A DNA stretch of 64,000 bases from an uncultured Desulfosarcina sp. (GTDB taxonomy: Bacteria > Desulfobacterota > Desulfobacteria > Desulfobacterales > Desulfosarcinaceae), in NCBI GenBank assembly GCA_963674945.2, contig CAXXWQ010000004.1, forward strand, positions 192,001 through 256,000, written 5' to 3'. Below are positions 10,007 to 20,498 of the stretch, piece after piece. Every line of letters begins with the position of its first letter. Position 1 is the first letter of the stretch. The translations under genes and the position numbers were made by a program. The notes below the pieces were generated by a model. It had not been told where the DNA came from and made no database searches. It saw nothing but the letters and a program-made list of their open reading frames with translations.

Positions 10007-10978
10007 TTATCCGGCAACAGATATCTGATTGGACTTGGCCCTCAATTCATCCAGTTTTTCTCCGGCTTCATAATTCCAAGGCTCGATATCAAGCGCGCGA
10101 TCATAGAACAGCTGGGCATCTTCGAGCCTTCCAATTGCATGGCTGACATGACCGGCGGCCATTAGAACTTCCACATCCTCCGGATCTTCCTGGAGCAACT
10201 TCAAATAGATGCCAAGTGCTTCAGCGACATCCCCTTTCACAAAACACAAAAAATCTGCCAGATTCTTTTGAAAATTTGTGTTACGCGGATCGAGCTGGGT
10301 AGCGCGTCGATAATAATCAAGGCTTTTATCTTGCTCCCCCATCTGAAAAGAATATACGCCCATGTCATTTTGCGCCAGCGCATGTTCAGGATCTTTCTCA
10401 ATTACTTTTTCAAGTAATGAGACCGCCAGTTCGGTATTTCCGTCAGCCCCAACATCTGTTGCCTGTTGGTATAATTCCTCAACAGACATCCTTTCCGGAT
10501 CCATGTTCTTCGATTTGATATGCGCTTTCACTTTCTCGAGAAATTCGAACGCCTCCATATGCCATGGTTCAATTTCCAGGACTTTCTCGTAATAACCGAT
10601 GGCATCGTCAAAATTGCGGGCGATCAAGCTTAAATTGCCGGCAACGAAGTAAACTTCCGCATCATCAACACCGTTGGAGATCATCCTCTCATAGTATGAT
10701 AAGGCCTTTTCGCCATCTTCCATTTTTACATAATAAAAATCAGCCACGCTTTTTAAAAACGTATTGTTTCCTGGGTCGCAATCAATCGCTTTCTTGAAAT
10801 TCAATTCGGTTTTTTCTTTATCACCGACAGAAAAATACAAAACGGCCAGATCATGATAGCCTTGTGCAAAATTTTCGTGATCTCCCAACAGACGTTCCAT
10901 TGCCTCAATGGCCGCCATGTTGTTCCCTTTATCGATTAACAGTTTAACTTCGTCGTACAGTTTCGACACATCGTTCAT
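10007..10978 (-). CDS. TPR-only protein made of two duplicated halves
   Basis: TPR consensus throughout; both halves end LEIEPWH / LDIEPWN; RBS AAGGAG. Confidence 0.8.
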   Translation of the reverse strand: MNDVSKLYDEVKLLIDKGNNMAAIEAMERLLGDHENFAQGYHDLAVLYFSVGDKEKTELNFKKAIDCDPGNNTFLKSVADFYYVKMEDGEKALSYYERMISNGVDDAEVYFVAGNLSLIARNFDDAIGYYEKVLEIEPWHMEAFEFLEKVKAHIKSKNMDPERMSVEELYQQATDVGADGNTELAVSLLEKVIEKDPEHALAQNDMGVYSFQMGEQDKSLDYYRRATQLDPRNTNFQKNLADFLCFVKGDVAEALGIYLKLLQEDPEDVEVLMAAGHVSHAIGRLEDAQLFYDRALDIEPWNYEAGEKLDELRAKSNQISVAG

Positions 10979-11341
10979 TTTTCTGTCTCCTTTGATTGAA
11001 AAACCTTATTGCCTTCTTAACTCCGATATAAAAGGCCATGTGATAACACCTCATTTCCGTCACCGACCCGGCATGGTCTTGCCAATAATTTGACGAAATC
11101 GTATTTCATCTGAAATATATCGGTTCAACGCACAGAACCAAAACCTGCTTAAATTCATATTTTAATTTATATTTCATCATGTTATAGACATTCTTGCCAT
11201 CAAACCGATTTCAACAGCGCCAAGGTCAAAAGTTATTGGTTTTGGATAAATCAATTTCCATACCAACGCATGTGCCCAAATTATCTACCAGCGCTTGTGT
11301 TTGGGATTGGGTTGGGTTTGATAATCAAATGAAATAAAAAT

Positions 11342-11369
11342 AAAAAAGCCTCCTTATCGGAGGCTTTTT
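11342..11369. terminator. Bidirectional intrinsic terminator
   Basis: AAAAAAGCCTCC-TTATC-GGAGGCTTTTT, downstream of the maf-like gene. Confidence 0.8.
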
Positions 11370-11459
11370 GACTTCTAAAACACATATTTGTTTTTCAATT
11401 ATCGGTAAATATTTACTTGCTATACCGCCCTTGACTTAACTGTTTAATTTAATGATATA

Positions 11460-14078
11460 TTACAATAGTGACCTCACGAAATTTACTTTCGATAGGACCT
11501 CCATATTTCCAGGTTCTTCTTTTAACGCCTCAGAATAATTCCAGTATGCGCTTTCGTAATCTTTTTTCATCTTTCGGATGTCGCCGATCTGTTCTCTGAG
11601 TTGTCGCCCACTCTCCGGATAATCTTCGATAATACCTTCTAAAATTCCTATTCCCTTTTCGAATTTTAAATCTCTAATATGTTCGGATGCCTTTTGAATT
11701 CGTTCGTTTGCATTCAGCTTTTTCATACGATTGTTTTGGTTATTACACCAATCATTGCTGAACTCTTTATCCAAGTCACCGATAACACGCTTTAGTTCAT
11801 TTATTTGTGCATCGTCAGGACGAAGGATCAAATATTCATTCATTAATTTCCGGGTTTCATTAATTTTCCCTTGCATCCATTCATTTTTTATTTCTTCGAA
11901 TAGATTATCTATACTTTTATCAATTTTTCTTTTTAGTTGTACTAATTCAGGATTGTCCCCAAATTTACAGATCGCGTTTTCAATCAGAACAGAGGCAGAT
12001 TTCCATAGTTTTTCATTCATGTATGTATTGGCAAGACAGATATATGGTGAAATTAATCCTGGTTCACTCTTCATGTATGTTTCATATTCACGTTGGACCT
12101 GCCATAATTCATCACAATTCTCATAATAGCTTGCACGTTTAATAATTTTCTTGATATTATTCCCACCATCTATACATTCATCTACAGTTAAAATTTCTCT
12201 TGTAAAATCGAGATAAGATTTCAATTTTCCGATAAGGTAATTTATTCCTTCCTCATATACACGAAGGTGTTCAACTATCAATTTCAAATGGTTAACAACA
12301 ATATTATCATTTACCGTCACACAATCGGTTTCAGCTAAAAATTTTTCTCTTTTTTTAAAAATTTCTGACATATCCGACAATATCAAATCATGAATAGATT
12401 GAAGACAGACAAAATTAGCTCTCTTAAATTCTTCAAATTCAGTCAGAGCATTTTCCATAAAACTTTTTTGTTGTAGAGTGTTATCAATGCTTTTAACCTG
12501 TTCGATTAGATCGAATATTTTTTCCCTTTCTTCCTTGCAAACCTTTTTAAATTGACTAAATTTTTTTATGATTAAAGAGATAATATCAAATGCTTTTTTT
12601 TCATCGGCTACTTTTCCCCAGACCACATTGTTTTTAATTTCTAATATACTAGTTTTATGCTTTTTATTTACCTCTTCAATGATTTCGGCCATACATTTCA
12701 CCTCTGCTCCTTCGATATAAGCACCTTTTAAAGCAGTATTGATTATCCGCATCTTGGTTTCCCTTACTACATTTTCAATCAACAGCTTATCAGCCACAAA
12801 CTGTGCAGAAGAGGGCACCATTGCGCCATCTGTACCAATTGTTTGAACGATATTTTTCCTGTCTGGCAAATGAAAGTATGCGGAATGAAAAGAATGGCTT
12901 TTTCCCATTTGATAGGCGAGGTCCATCCCCACAAGGACAATTGGTTCTGCGCCAACTGCCATTGCGGTGAAAATCGCCATATGGCTGACTGAACTCATGT
13001 CCGGATATTGGCATTGCAGATCGAATGCAGGATCTATCCAATCAAGAAGCAACTTATTATAAGCGGACACTGCCACCCTTTTTGTGCCTAAAAACAAACG
13101 AACGTTATCAGGATTTGATTCAATACCGAAAATAAAAATTGCATCTTTGATTGCTTCAAAGTGAGGTTTTAGCTTTTGTATGTTGGTTTCAAAAACATCC
13201 GTTGTCGCAACGACATGTGGCTTTATACCCTCTCCTGCCAAGGCGTTTACTGCTGAATCGCAGGCGATGATAAGTGCATTTTCACCTACTCTTTTTAGGT
13301 CTGAAATAGCGTTGTCAAGGGATGGTCCGGCTGCTATGCAAAACGCTGTAAACCCTTTAAAACGATTTTTCAAATTTTTCATTGGCGTGCCGGCAAAAAG
13401 GCTTGGCAGGTTATCCACGGTGTTGGAAAACATTTTCCGGCCATCAATTTTCGTCGTATACCATGAGCTCCGTAAAGTTCTGATCCTTTCGGATAATTCC
13501 TGCTTTATTTCTTTGGCGATGGTTTGGTTTAATTGCTCGTAACCGGGATGAACAATAATTCGATTTCGACCAATGGGTATGATTTCTCTGTAATCCTCAA
13601 TGATCTTAGCAATATTTATTTCTTCGCCAACAAATAATTCTATCCTTTGATTGGTCAGCAAAGGCTTTAAATCACCATAGTAAAGAGCGTCATAAAACAT
13701 TCTAAAAGAGGGTTCGATAATGATCATCCTTGGCTGAGCTAAGTCCCTAGTTTTTGGAAAAATAGGTAGTTGGCCGAGTCCGATTCCTATCAAAAATAAA
13801 ATGTCGTATGGTTGGTATTTCCAATCAGCGATGATTCTGCGCATTATTATTAAAGGATCTTCTCCACCATAAAAAAGACGATTTAGTTGATAATATCTGT
13901 CTTTTTGCAGCAAGCCACTTTCCGCCTCAACCTTATCTCCTAAAAACTTTTGAATATTCTCTATAGACCTTTTTATCTCAGGATAACGCGATTTTAAGAG
14001 TCTTCGATTACTTAAAAAAGTGCTTTCAAAATTTTGAGCTTTGTTATTTTTCATTTCGTAAGATTCATTTTTAACCAT
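11460..14078 (-). CDS. maf: Motility-associated factor (Maf/DUF115, MptE-like domain) glycosyltransferase with C-terminal helical/TPR region
   Basis: CIAAGPSLD, IIACDSA, SVSHMAIFTAMAVGAEPIVLVGMDLAY, IINT..GAYIEG are DUF115/Maf signatures. Confidence 0.8.
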   Translation of the reverse strand: MVKNESYEMKNNKAQNFESTFLSNRRLLKSRYPEIKRSIENIQKFLGDKVEAESGLLQKDRYYQLNRLFYGGEDPLIIMRRIIADWKYQPYDILFLIGIGLGQLPIFPKTRDLAQPRMIIIEPSFRMFYDALYYGDLKPLLTNQRIELFVGEEINIAKIIEDYREIIPIGRNRIIVHPGYEQLNQTIAKEIKQELSERIRTLRSSWYTTKIDGRKMFSNTVDNLPSLFAGTPMKNLKNRFKGFTAFCIAAGPSLDNAISDLKRVGENALIIACDSAVNALAGEGIKPHVVATTDVFETNIQKLKPHFEAIKDAIFIFGIESNPDNVRLFLGTKRVAVSAYNKLLLDWIDPAFDLQCQYPDMSSVSHMAIFTAMAVGAEPIVLVGMDLAYQMGKSHSFHSAYFHLPDRKNIVQTIGTDGAMVPSSAQFVADKLLIENVVRETKMRIINTALKGAYIEGAEVKCMAEIIEEVNKKHKTSILEIKNNVVWGKVADEKKAFDIISLIIKKFSQFKKVCKEEREKIFDLIEQVKSIDNTLQQKSFMENALTEFEEFKRANFVCLQSIHDLILSDMSEIFKKREKFLAETDCVTVNDNIVVNHLKLIVEHLRVYEEGINYLIGKLKSYLDFTREILTVDECIDGGNNIKKIIKRASYYENCDELWQVQREYETYMKSEPGLISPYICLANTYMNEKLWKSASVLIENAICKFGDNPELVQLKRKIDKSIDNLFEEIKNEWMQGKINETRKLMNEYLILRPDDAQINELKRVIGDLDKEFSNDWCNNQNNRMKKLNANERIQKASEHIRDLKFEKGIGILEGIIEDYPESGRQLREQIGDIRKMKKDYESAYWNYSEALKEEPGNMEVLSKVNFVRSLL

Positions 14079-14229
14079 GTCGTCTAATTTTTATTTGATT
14101 ACTAAATTTCGAGAAATAACTATTTTTAATCTCCTAAAAATCAAACCGCATAACTTATATTTTAGCTGATATTTATCTAAATTATAATTTTTTGGTAGGC
14201 CTTACAACTGTGTAAGCAATTCATATAAT

Positions 14230-15558
14230 TTATAGATTTTTGAAAATTAAATCTTTTAATTCAAGAGTAGATAAAATTTTTAGAGGATATATAGGGTAAC
14301 CAATTAGATATTCTTTTGTGTGAGGGTTTTCCGAATATAAAGAATTAAAAACTCTAATGGCATAATCTCTCTTTCCATAAATTCTTAATTGAAAAGCGAA
14401 ATTTGCCTTCCAATATGAAGACATACGATTCTCAATATAGTCTATCTCCATAGTACGAAGTCCATGTTCAGGAAAATTTAATTCTATCAACTGCCAACCA
14501 ACAACTGAATATGTATCATTAATATTATTGTCTTTAGAATAAATTTCTTTAATTAAATCTAATGCTTCTTTCTCTTTTTGATTACCACATAATGCCATGG
14601 CGTAAATGATATCTCCTTCTATAGATTTTCTGTTGTACTTCTCGTCTTTTTCTAAAAATTCTAAAAGTATTTTAACTTTTTTTGTAGTGTAATATAACGA
14701 TAGGCCCAATTTTGCGAAAGCATCATAAACATAATTGTTTTTAGAATATATATCTTTAATTAGTTCATTTGCAAAATTTAAACGATTCATATATATGCAA
14801 ATGATAGCAAAATTAACTTTCCAGAGATCTGATAATCGATTTCTGATAAAATCTTTCAAAAAATAATCATATGCTATTTGCCAATTTCGATTTTCAGTGT
14901 GCATCCAACCTAATTGAGAAAATCCATCAAAACTTAAATGGTCTCTATCATAAACATCTTCTATTATTTTTTCTGCCTTTGCTATCTTTCCATTTCTTCC
15001 ACATATTAATGCATATTGAATTTTACAAACATCAGATAATCTACCTCTCTCTTCATCTATTTCAGCAATCATTAATGCTTTATTCCAGTCCCGGTATTTC
15101 ATTTTTATCCATCCAAGGCGAACAAAAAGGTCTTTGAATTCTTTATCTTTTTTATATGTTTTTTCGATATATTCAATGGCTTTATCAAATTTTCCTGTTG
15201 TACCATAAGATAAACCAATACCCATCATTGCACCAGGATGTGATGGAACTATATCAAGAATTTTATAAAAGCCTTTTAATGCTTCTTCATAATATCCATT
15301 TTCCATTTCTATAAGACTAAGCTCAAAAAGAGATGTTTCGTGATAAGAATTGATGGAAAAAGATTGTTTATATGATTGCTTTGCTTTTTTTAAATCTCCT
15401 AATAACTTATATATATTTCCTAATTGAAAATGAGCTTGATAAAAGGAAGGATAAATTTTAATAATATGATTGAACAACTTAATTGATTTATTGTAATCAT
15501 TTCTATTGAAATAAACCATTCCTTTCCCAAAATCAATCCAATCGGTACAATTTTTCAT
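14230..15558 (-). CDS. TPR protein with four ~68-aa degenerate repeats
   Basis: N-terminal TPRs, then a repeated I..xY..D....D.F..LGW........A......D....RLS unit. Confidence 0.7.
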   Translation of the reverse strand: MKNCTDWIDFGKGMVYFNRNDYNKSIKLFNHIIKIYPSFYQAHFQLGNIYKLLGDLKKAKQSYKQSFSINSYHETSLFELSLIEMENGYYEEALKGFYKILDIVPSHPGAMMGIGLSYGTTGKFDKAIEYIEKTYKKDKEFKDLFVRLGWIKMKYRDWNKALMIAEIDEERGRLSDVCKIQYALICGRNGKIAKAEKIIEDVYDRDHLSFDGFSQLGWMHTENRNWQIAYDYFLKDFIRNRLSDLWKVNFAIICIYMNRLNFANELIKDIYSKNNYVYDAFAKLGLSLYYTTKKVKILLEFLEKDEKYNRKSIEGDIIYAMALCGNQKEKEALDLIKEIYSKDNNINDTYSVVGWQLIELNFPEHGLRTMEIDYIENRMSSYWKANFAFQLRIYGKRDYAIRVFNSLYSENPHTKEYLIGYPIYPLKILSTLELKDLIFKNL

Positions 15559-15592
15559 TATTTCTAATACTTTTTAAAAGTAATTATTAAAT

Positions 15593-16750
15593 TTAAGTAA
15601 GCTCATTTGGGATACAGTAAAGGACTGAGTCCCATATACCAGGTTCATATTTTCCAAGTCTGTATGAATATCTCTTCAATATATCTTCAAGAAAAAATGG
15701 AATCTCAAATAAATCCTCAAAACTATGATAGATACTTATGGCAAGTTGAGGTCTATGATCGATAAGTGTTTCTATTGCTCCTTTTAGAGCCATGAGTTCA
15801 GCACCTTCAATATCCATTTTAATAAAATCTATTTTTTTAATTTTATTTTTTAAAACAAATCTATCTATTGTTGTTGTATTTACTTTGTAATAAAAATTAT
15901 CAATTTGATTAATTCCAGAACATTCATCTATAAAAGATGATCCATCACCATTATCTCTTATCTTCAATATATCGTTACGGTTCCATAAGCCTTCTGAGAA
16001 TATTTTTATTTTTTCATTTCTTTCTATAAAAGTTTTATAAGGATCTTTTTTAAATATGTGATATAAGGGTTCAAAACCATAAATTTCTTTAATATTAGTA
16101 AAGTGATTGTAAAACATAACACTCGTCAAACCATCGTATGCACCACCATCAATAACTCTTTCAATTTTTTTATGGCACAAATAATCAAGATATTGATTTA
16201 TAACATTGCCAGCAAATTTAAAATAGTTAATATTAATTGATTGGAACCTATTTTTATCGAATCTTTGGAGAATCAGCTTTTCATATAATTTTCTATCGGA
16301 CTCTGTAAAAATATTCATAACTTTTTCTATTTTTTCCTTATTATCAATGTATTTCTCATAATTTTCCTGAGAGGGTAACCCTACTGAAGTTGCAGTTTTG
16401 AAATGATGGTACAATTGACTTAATATGCTACAATCTAAAATAATATAGTTTTCGATTTTAAAAGAATTTAAGGTTTTTGCTATTTCATAGGTATAAGGAG
16501 ATGCGATAAGAATCAAGTCATACGCATCTACTTTCTCAGGAAGGTCAAAAACGGCCATCACTGGAAAGCCGGCATATTCCCCACTGTTGAAGGAATTGAT
16601 ATATCCTAAGAAAGATATGTCTTTTCTCTGATGTTGAATAAGTAAAGAAGCGGCATATCCTTCCTTTCCTGTTCCATATATGTAAACTCTTGTATTTTTA
16701 GGTATATTCTTAAATATCTCGTACATATTTTTCTTCATCATTAAGTCCAA
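15593..16750 (-). CDS. FkbM-family methyltransferase with N-terminal Rossmann-like domain
   Basis: VIDGGAYDG, IYGFEP, IDFIKMDIEGAE, PQLAISIYH; N-terminal VYIYGTG. Confidence 0.85.
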   Translation of the reverse strand: MDLMMKKNMYEIFKNIPKNTRVYIYGTGKEGYAASLLIQHQRKDISFLGYINSFNSGEYAGFPVMAVFDLPEKVDAYDLILIASPYTYEIAKTLNSFKIENYIILDCSILSQLYHHFKTATSVGLPSQENYEKYIDNKEKIEKVMNIFTESDRKLYEKLILQRFDKNRFQSININYFKFAGNVINQYLDYLCHKKIERVIDGGAYDGLTSVMFYNHFTNIKEIYGFEPLYHIFKKDPYKTFIERNEKIKIFSEGLWNRNDILKIRDNGDGSSFIDECSGINQIDNFYYKVNTTTIDRFVLKNKIKKIDFIKMDIEGAELMALKGAIETLIDHRPQLAISIYHSFEDLFEIPFFLEDILKRYSYRLGKYEPGIWDSVLYCIPNELT

Positions 16751-18138
16751 TTATTATTTACCTTTTTTATAAATTCATTTCGAAGATCAGAAATTAATTT
16801 CTTGTTAATATCATTTTCATCAATAAATCCTAAATCATGGAAACAGGATTTGCAGGTAAGAGGCTTAGGAGAAAACCTAAAGATTTCATTTCTAAATGAA
16901 TTGCTCCTTTGTGAATTATATATTTCATAAATAGAATTATTTCTAATATTTCCTAAAATAAACTTTTGATGCATTTCAGAGTCAGATCTCATATTACAAC
17001 ACGGCATAACATTTCCGTTATAATCAACAATAAAATTTATAAAAGGTGCATAACAAGGTTCAATTCTATATTCTCTATTGTTTCCTGTGTTGAGAAGTCC
17101 AGCGCGATTTAGCAATATTTTTTTGAAATCTCTTCCAATGATAATTATCAGTAAACTATTTTTATATAAAATTTCTTTCCATACTTGAAATTCATTTTCC
17201 CTTATTTCAGAAGAACTTATTTTTTCAAGCCCAATTCTTTTGATCGTAGATTTTATTGAATTCCTAATCTTTTCTTTCTGAAATTTTTCTTTGACATTGT
17301 TCGAGTATATCTGAATTTCGATTATATCGAGCCCAGAGACATATAATTTTTCTATGGTATTAAATGCTAAATAGTCGCCATTAGTGTTCAATCGAAGTTG
17401 TGCATATGGTAAAAGTTTACGAACCTGTGATATCCTTTCATATATTCTATCGTTTGAAAGAGGTTCACTGTATCTTGTAAAAGTGTAAATATTACTGTAT
17501 TCGATTTCACTAAGCTCTTGCACAGCTTTTAAATACATTTTTTTGGGCATAAATACATTACTTGATCTTCTGTCGATGGTTAGATTTGGGCAAAACCAAC
17601 ATTTTCTGTTACAGAACGATGATATTTCCATTTCAAATATTTTAACTGACTTTTTGAATGATTTCATTATTTCTTTGGAATTATCATTCTTATTGAAATG
17701 ATTAATATCAATGTATTTTAGTTTTTCTAACTCATCGAAATCGATAAATCCATAATCTTTTTCATAGTAATAATCTTCAATATCATGAAGAAAATCTTCT
17801 AATATGTCAAAAGTCAAACAATAATTTCTCTTAATATCTTCTAAATTCTCTTTTATCCCACCCTTGTATGAAACAGTAATTATAATTAAATCTATATTTA
17901 AATTTACTATATCATCTAATAAATAAACTCTGTACGAATGGAAAAAAGTATTAACTTTATTTTTATCGGCATCAATTATTCCCTTAATATTCAACTTCGC
18001 TAAATTAAAATATTCAATTAATTGATCAGCTACAGATCCTGCACCGTAAAGATATACGTTTTTTGATCGATATCTATTAGATAATGATTTAAGACATTTT
18101 AAAACTGCTATAAAATTTTTGATACGCTTTCTTTTCAA
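16741..18138 (-). CDS. Radical SAM / SPASM(twitch) protein with N-terminal Rossmann-like domain
   Basis: CNRKCWFC (CX3CX2C), LNTNG, C-terminal CYAPF..GNVMPCC..CKSC; TTG start. Confidence 0.85.
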   Translation of the reverse strand: MKRKRIKNFIAVLKCLKSLSNRYRSKNVYLYGAGSVADQLIEYFNLAKLNIKGIIDADKNKVNTFFHSYRVYLLDDIVNLNIDLIIITVSYKGGIKENLEDIKRNYCLTFDILEDFLHDIEDYYYEKDYGFIDFDELEKLKYIDINHFNKNDNSKEIMKSFKKSVKIFEMEISSFCNRKCWFCPNLTIDRRSSNVFMPKKMYLKAVQELSEIEYSNIYTFTRYSEPLSNDRIYERISQVRKLLPYAQLRLNTNGDYLAFNTIEKLYVSGLDIIEIQIYSNNVKEKFQKEKIRNSIKSTIKRIGLEKISSSEIRENEFQVWKEILYKNSLLIIIIGRDFKKILLNRAGLLNTGNNREYRIEPCYAPFINFIVDYNGNVMPCCNMRSDSEMHQKFILGNIRNNSIYEIYNSQRSNSFRNEIFRFSPKPLTCKSCFHDLGFIDENDINKKLISDLRNEFIKKVNNNWT

Positions 18139-18146
18139 TGTATTTA

Positions 18147-20498
18147 CTATAGTAGAGTTACAATATCAAAATTTAATTTATATTGATCCTTTATATCTTT
18201 TAAATAAGGGACAATAGGGTAAGGATTATGCATAGTTATAACTATTACATCAGGTTTCATATTTGGTATCTGTTTTGAATTATATATCGGCTTTCCAGCT
18301 ATATGTTTACCTTCTTTTGAAATATCTTTATCAAAAAATCCACAAATATCAAATATAGATAAATCAAAATGATAATTCATTGATATAGCAAAAGTTCCTG
18401 CTCCATAAAAATAAAGATCATCGTATTGATATTTTTCAAATAAATTTAAAAAATTTCTTCTAAATTTCCTATTAAATATTATATCATTAATACTTTTTCG
18501 ATTTAAAGAGTGGAAAAAGGGTATTTTAATTAACTTCCTTTTTATAAATCCCTCATACCATGGGTTACCGATATTACTTCTTTTTAAGAAGATATTAAAG
18601 CACGATGGTTTAGCTATAAAAAAATTACTATCAGAATTACTGTCTATTACCTTTACATTACCGATATTTTTTGCCTCATTATAATTTGGTGATCTAGCTA
18701 AACGAGACGTAATTCTTATTATGGTATCTGGATCAGCATATGGCACATCTAAGACTTTAACGGCTTCTTTGAATTCTTTAAAAAAATCTATTATTCCGTT
18801 ATGAATTGATTTGGTTATCGCTATTTTATTATCATCGTTGTCATTATCAAAAATAGGTTTTAATTCTATTTCATCATTAAACTTGACAAAACTTCCATGC
18901 GGAGCAGTAAAAAACAACTCATATAAGTATACATCTCTTATTGGAACTTTCGTACAGTCATAGCTATTAAAAGTAAATAAAAATGAATTTTGATTTAATC
19001 CAGGATATTTTTCCTTCTTATCTTGGGAGATATATGTCCCTAAATAGTATCCATAAATTTCATTAATATTGGTTTTTATACTATTTAGAAATTTTAGGAG
19101 ATAAAATTGACAAGTACCATGACCAAGTGCATCTACAATTGCAATCTTTTCTTCATTGTGGTAGTTTGTTTTTTTTAAATAATTCTCGAGTTGTTTCTTT
19201 TCAATAATTTCACTATTTTTTAAATTACTAAGAATTTTTTCAATCAAAGAACAATTAATTAACTTCTTCTCTTTTTCTGAATATAAATCTTTACTATTAA
19301 GTATATTGTTAAATTCTAATATTTCATTAATACATTTATCAGGATCAACACCTAATGATTCTAATCTTTCATTTAAATCATTTTGATTCAAAGAAATATA
19401 AAAAAGTAAATTCTTCTTGTCAGCAACTACTGTGTTTTCTGAAACAGATGCTTTGAAAAAAAACCATCGTGACGAATAAAAATATTTGTATTTAGGCAAT
19501 TTTATATTATCATTCTTTAAAATATCAAGAAGCTTTTTAATTATGTATCCATCTCTGGAAAACAATAATACAGCGTCAATATTATGATCCCTGAATTTAT
19601 TTAAAAGCCAAAATACATAATTGGATACTAAAAAACCTCCTATTTTAAACCCTAATTCATACCAAAATATTTTTTTATTAGAACCTGCATAAAATTTATT
19701 TATAATTATCGCCTTATAGATAGATGAGTAAATTTCATCATTTGAATTTTTTAAAGGTTTAATGCAAATAGAGATAAAGTCTTTACATTTCTTTGCCTTA
19801 ACCAATGGTCGTTCATAATAGTATGTTACTATACCACACTCTTTGGCCTTTTTAATATCAGACTCTTTGTTGTCTCCTATATGCAATATTTCAGATGACT
19901 TGCATCCTAGTTCATGAAGAATATTCCAGTAAGCTCTCCCGGTGAGTTTGGACTTCCCGGTGTTAGAAGAAACAAAAATCCTTTGAAATGTACCATAACC
20001 GGACTTTTTTAAAATTGCTGATATAATATCAATAGGAAGATACATGTCAGAGTTAAATATTATGGTCCTATTAAGCCTTAAACAGTATTTGTAAATATCC
20101 CATATAGGCTTATTTTTAACACATATATTTAACTCTACTTTCTCCTCAGTTTCTTTTAAAAAACCAATTTCATTATCTGTTAAACTGCACTTATTCTGCA
20201 ATATTCTAAATATCTCATAATAGTCAGGTTCGTCAAAACCCAATTTTTCATTTAATGCTCTTGCCTTAATTTCACTTTCAATCCTAATCTGTGGATAATA
20301 TCCATAAAACTTATTCTCAAATAGTTTGATAAATTTTTTTTCTACAATTTTAAAGACATCTTTAGGCTGACATACATTTCTAACTATTGTAGTATCAAAA
20401 ATATCAAATGATATAATTCTTGTATTTTTAATTAGTTTTTTTAGCTTTTGCAATTTTAAAATAGGTATTTTCTTAATCGATTTCAATTCTTTTAGCAA
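18147..20498 (-). CDS. HAD phosphatase + PRTase-like fusion (putative ribofuranosyltransferase) with C-terminal Rossmann-like domain
   Basis: SFDIFDT (HAD motif I), SDMY, HIGDN..SD, LFSRDG, IAIVDALGHGTCQ, ELFFTAPHGS; C-terminal YFYGAG. Confidence 0.7.
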   Translation of the reverse strand: MLKELKSIKKIPILKLQKLKKLIKNTRIISFDIFDTTIVRNVCQPKDVFKIVEKKFIKLFENKFYGYYPQIRIESEIKARALNEKLGFDEPDYYEIFRILQNKCSLTDNEIGFLKETEEKVELNICVKNKPIWDIYKYCLRLNRTIIFNSDMYLPIDIISAILKKSGYGTFQRIFVSSNTGKSKLTGRAYWNILHELGCKSSEILHIGDNKESDIKKAKECGIVTYYYERPLVKAKKCKDFISICIKPLKNSNDEIYSSIYKAIIINKFYAGSNKKIFWYELGFKIGGFLVSNYVFWLLNKFRDHNIDAVLLFSRDGYIIKKLLDILKNDNIKLPKYKYFYSSRWFFFKASVSENTVVADKKNLLFYISLNQNDLNERLESLGVDPDKCINEILEFNNILNSKDLYSEKEKKLINCSLIEKILSNLKNSEIIEKKQLENYLKKTNYHNEEKIAIVDALGHGTCQFYLLKFLNSIKTNINEIYGYYLGTYISQDKKEKYPGLNQNSFLFTFNSYDCTKVPIRDVYLYELFFTAPHGSFVKFNDEIELKPIFDNDNDDNKIAITKSIHNGIIDFFKEFKEAVKVLDVPYADPDTIIRITSRLARSPNYNEAKNIGNVKVIDSNSDSNFFIAKPSCFNIFLKRSNIGNPWYEGFIKRKLIKIPFFHSLNRKSINDIIFNRKFRRNFLNLFEKYQYDDLYFYGAGTFAISMNYHFDLSIFDICGFFDKDISKEGKHIAGKPIYNSKQIPNMKPDVIVITMHNPYPIVPYLKDIKDQYKLNFDIVTLL

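Noticed and set aside
11063..11090. sigma54-like TTGGCAAGACCATGC upstream of the TPR gene
   Set aside because: GG-GC spacing is 9, not the required 10
11395..11425. sigma28-like ACCGATAA (also near 22220)
   Set aside because: No properly spaced TAAA box; the first points straight into a terminator
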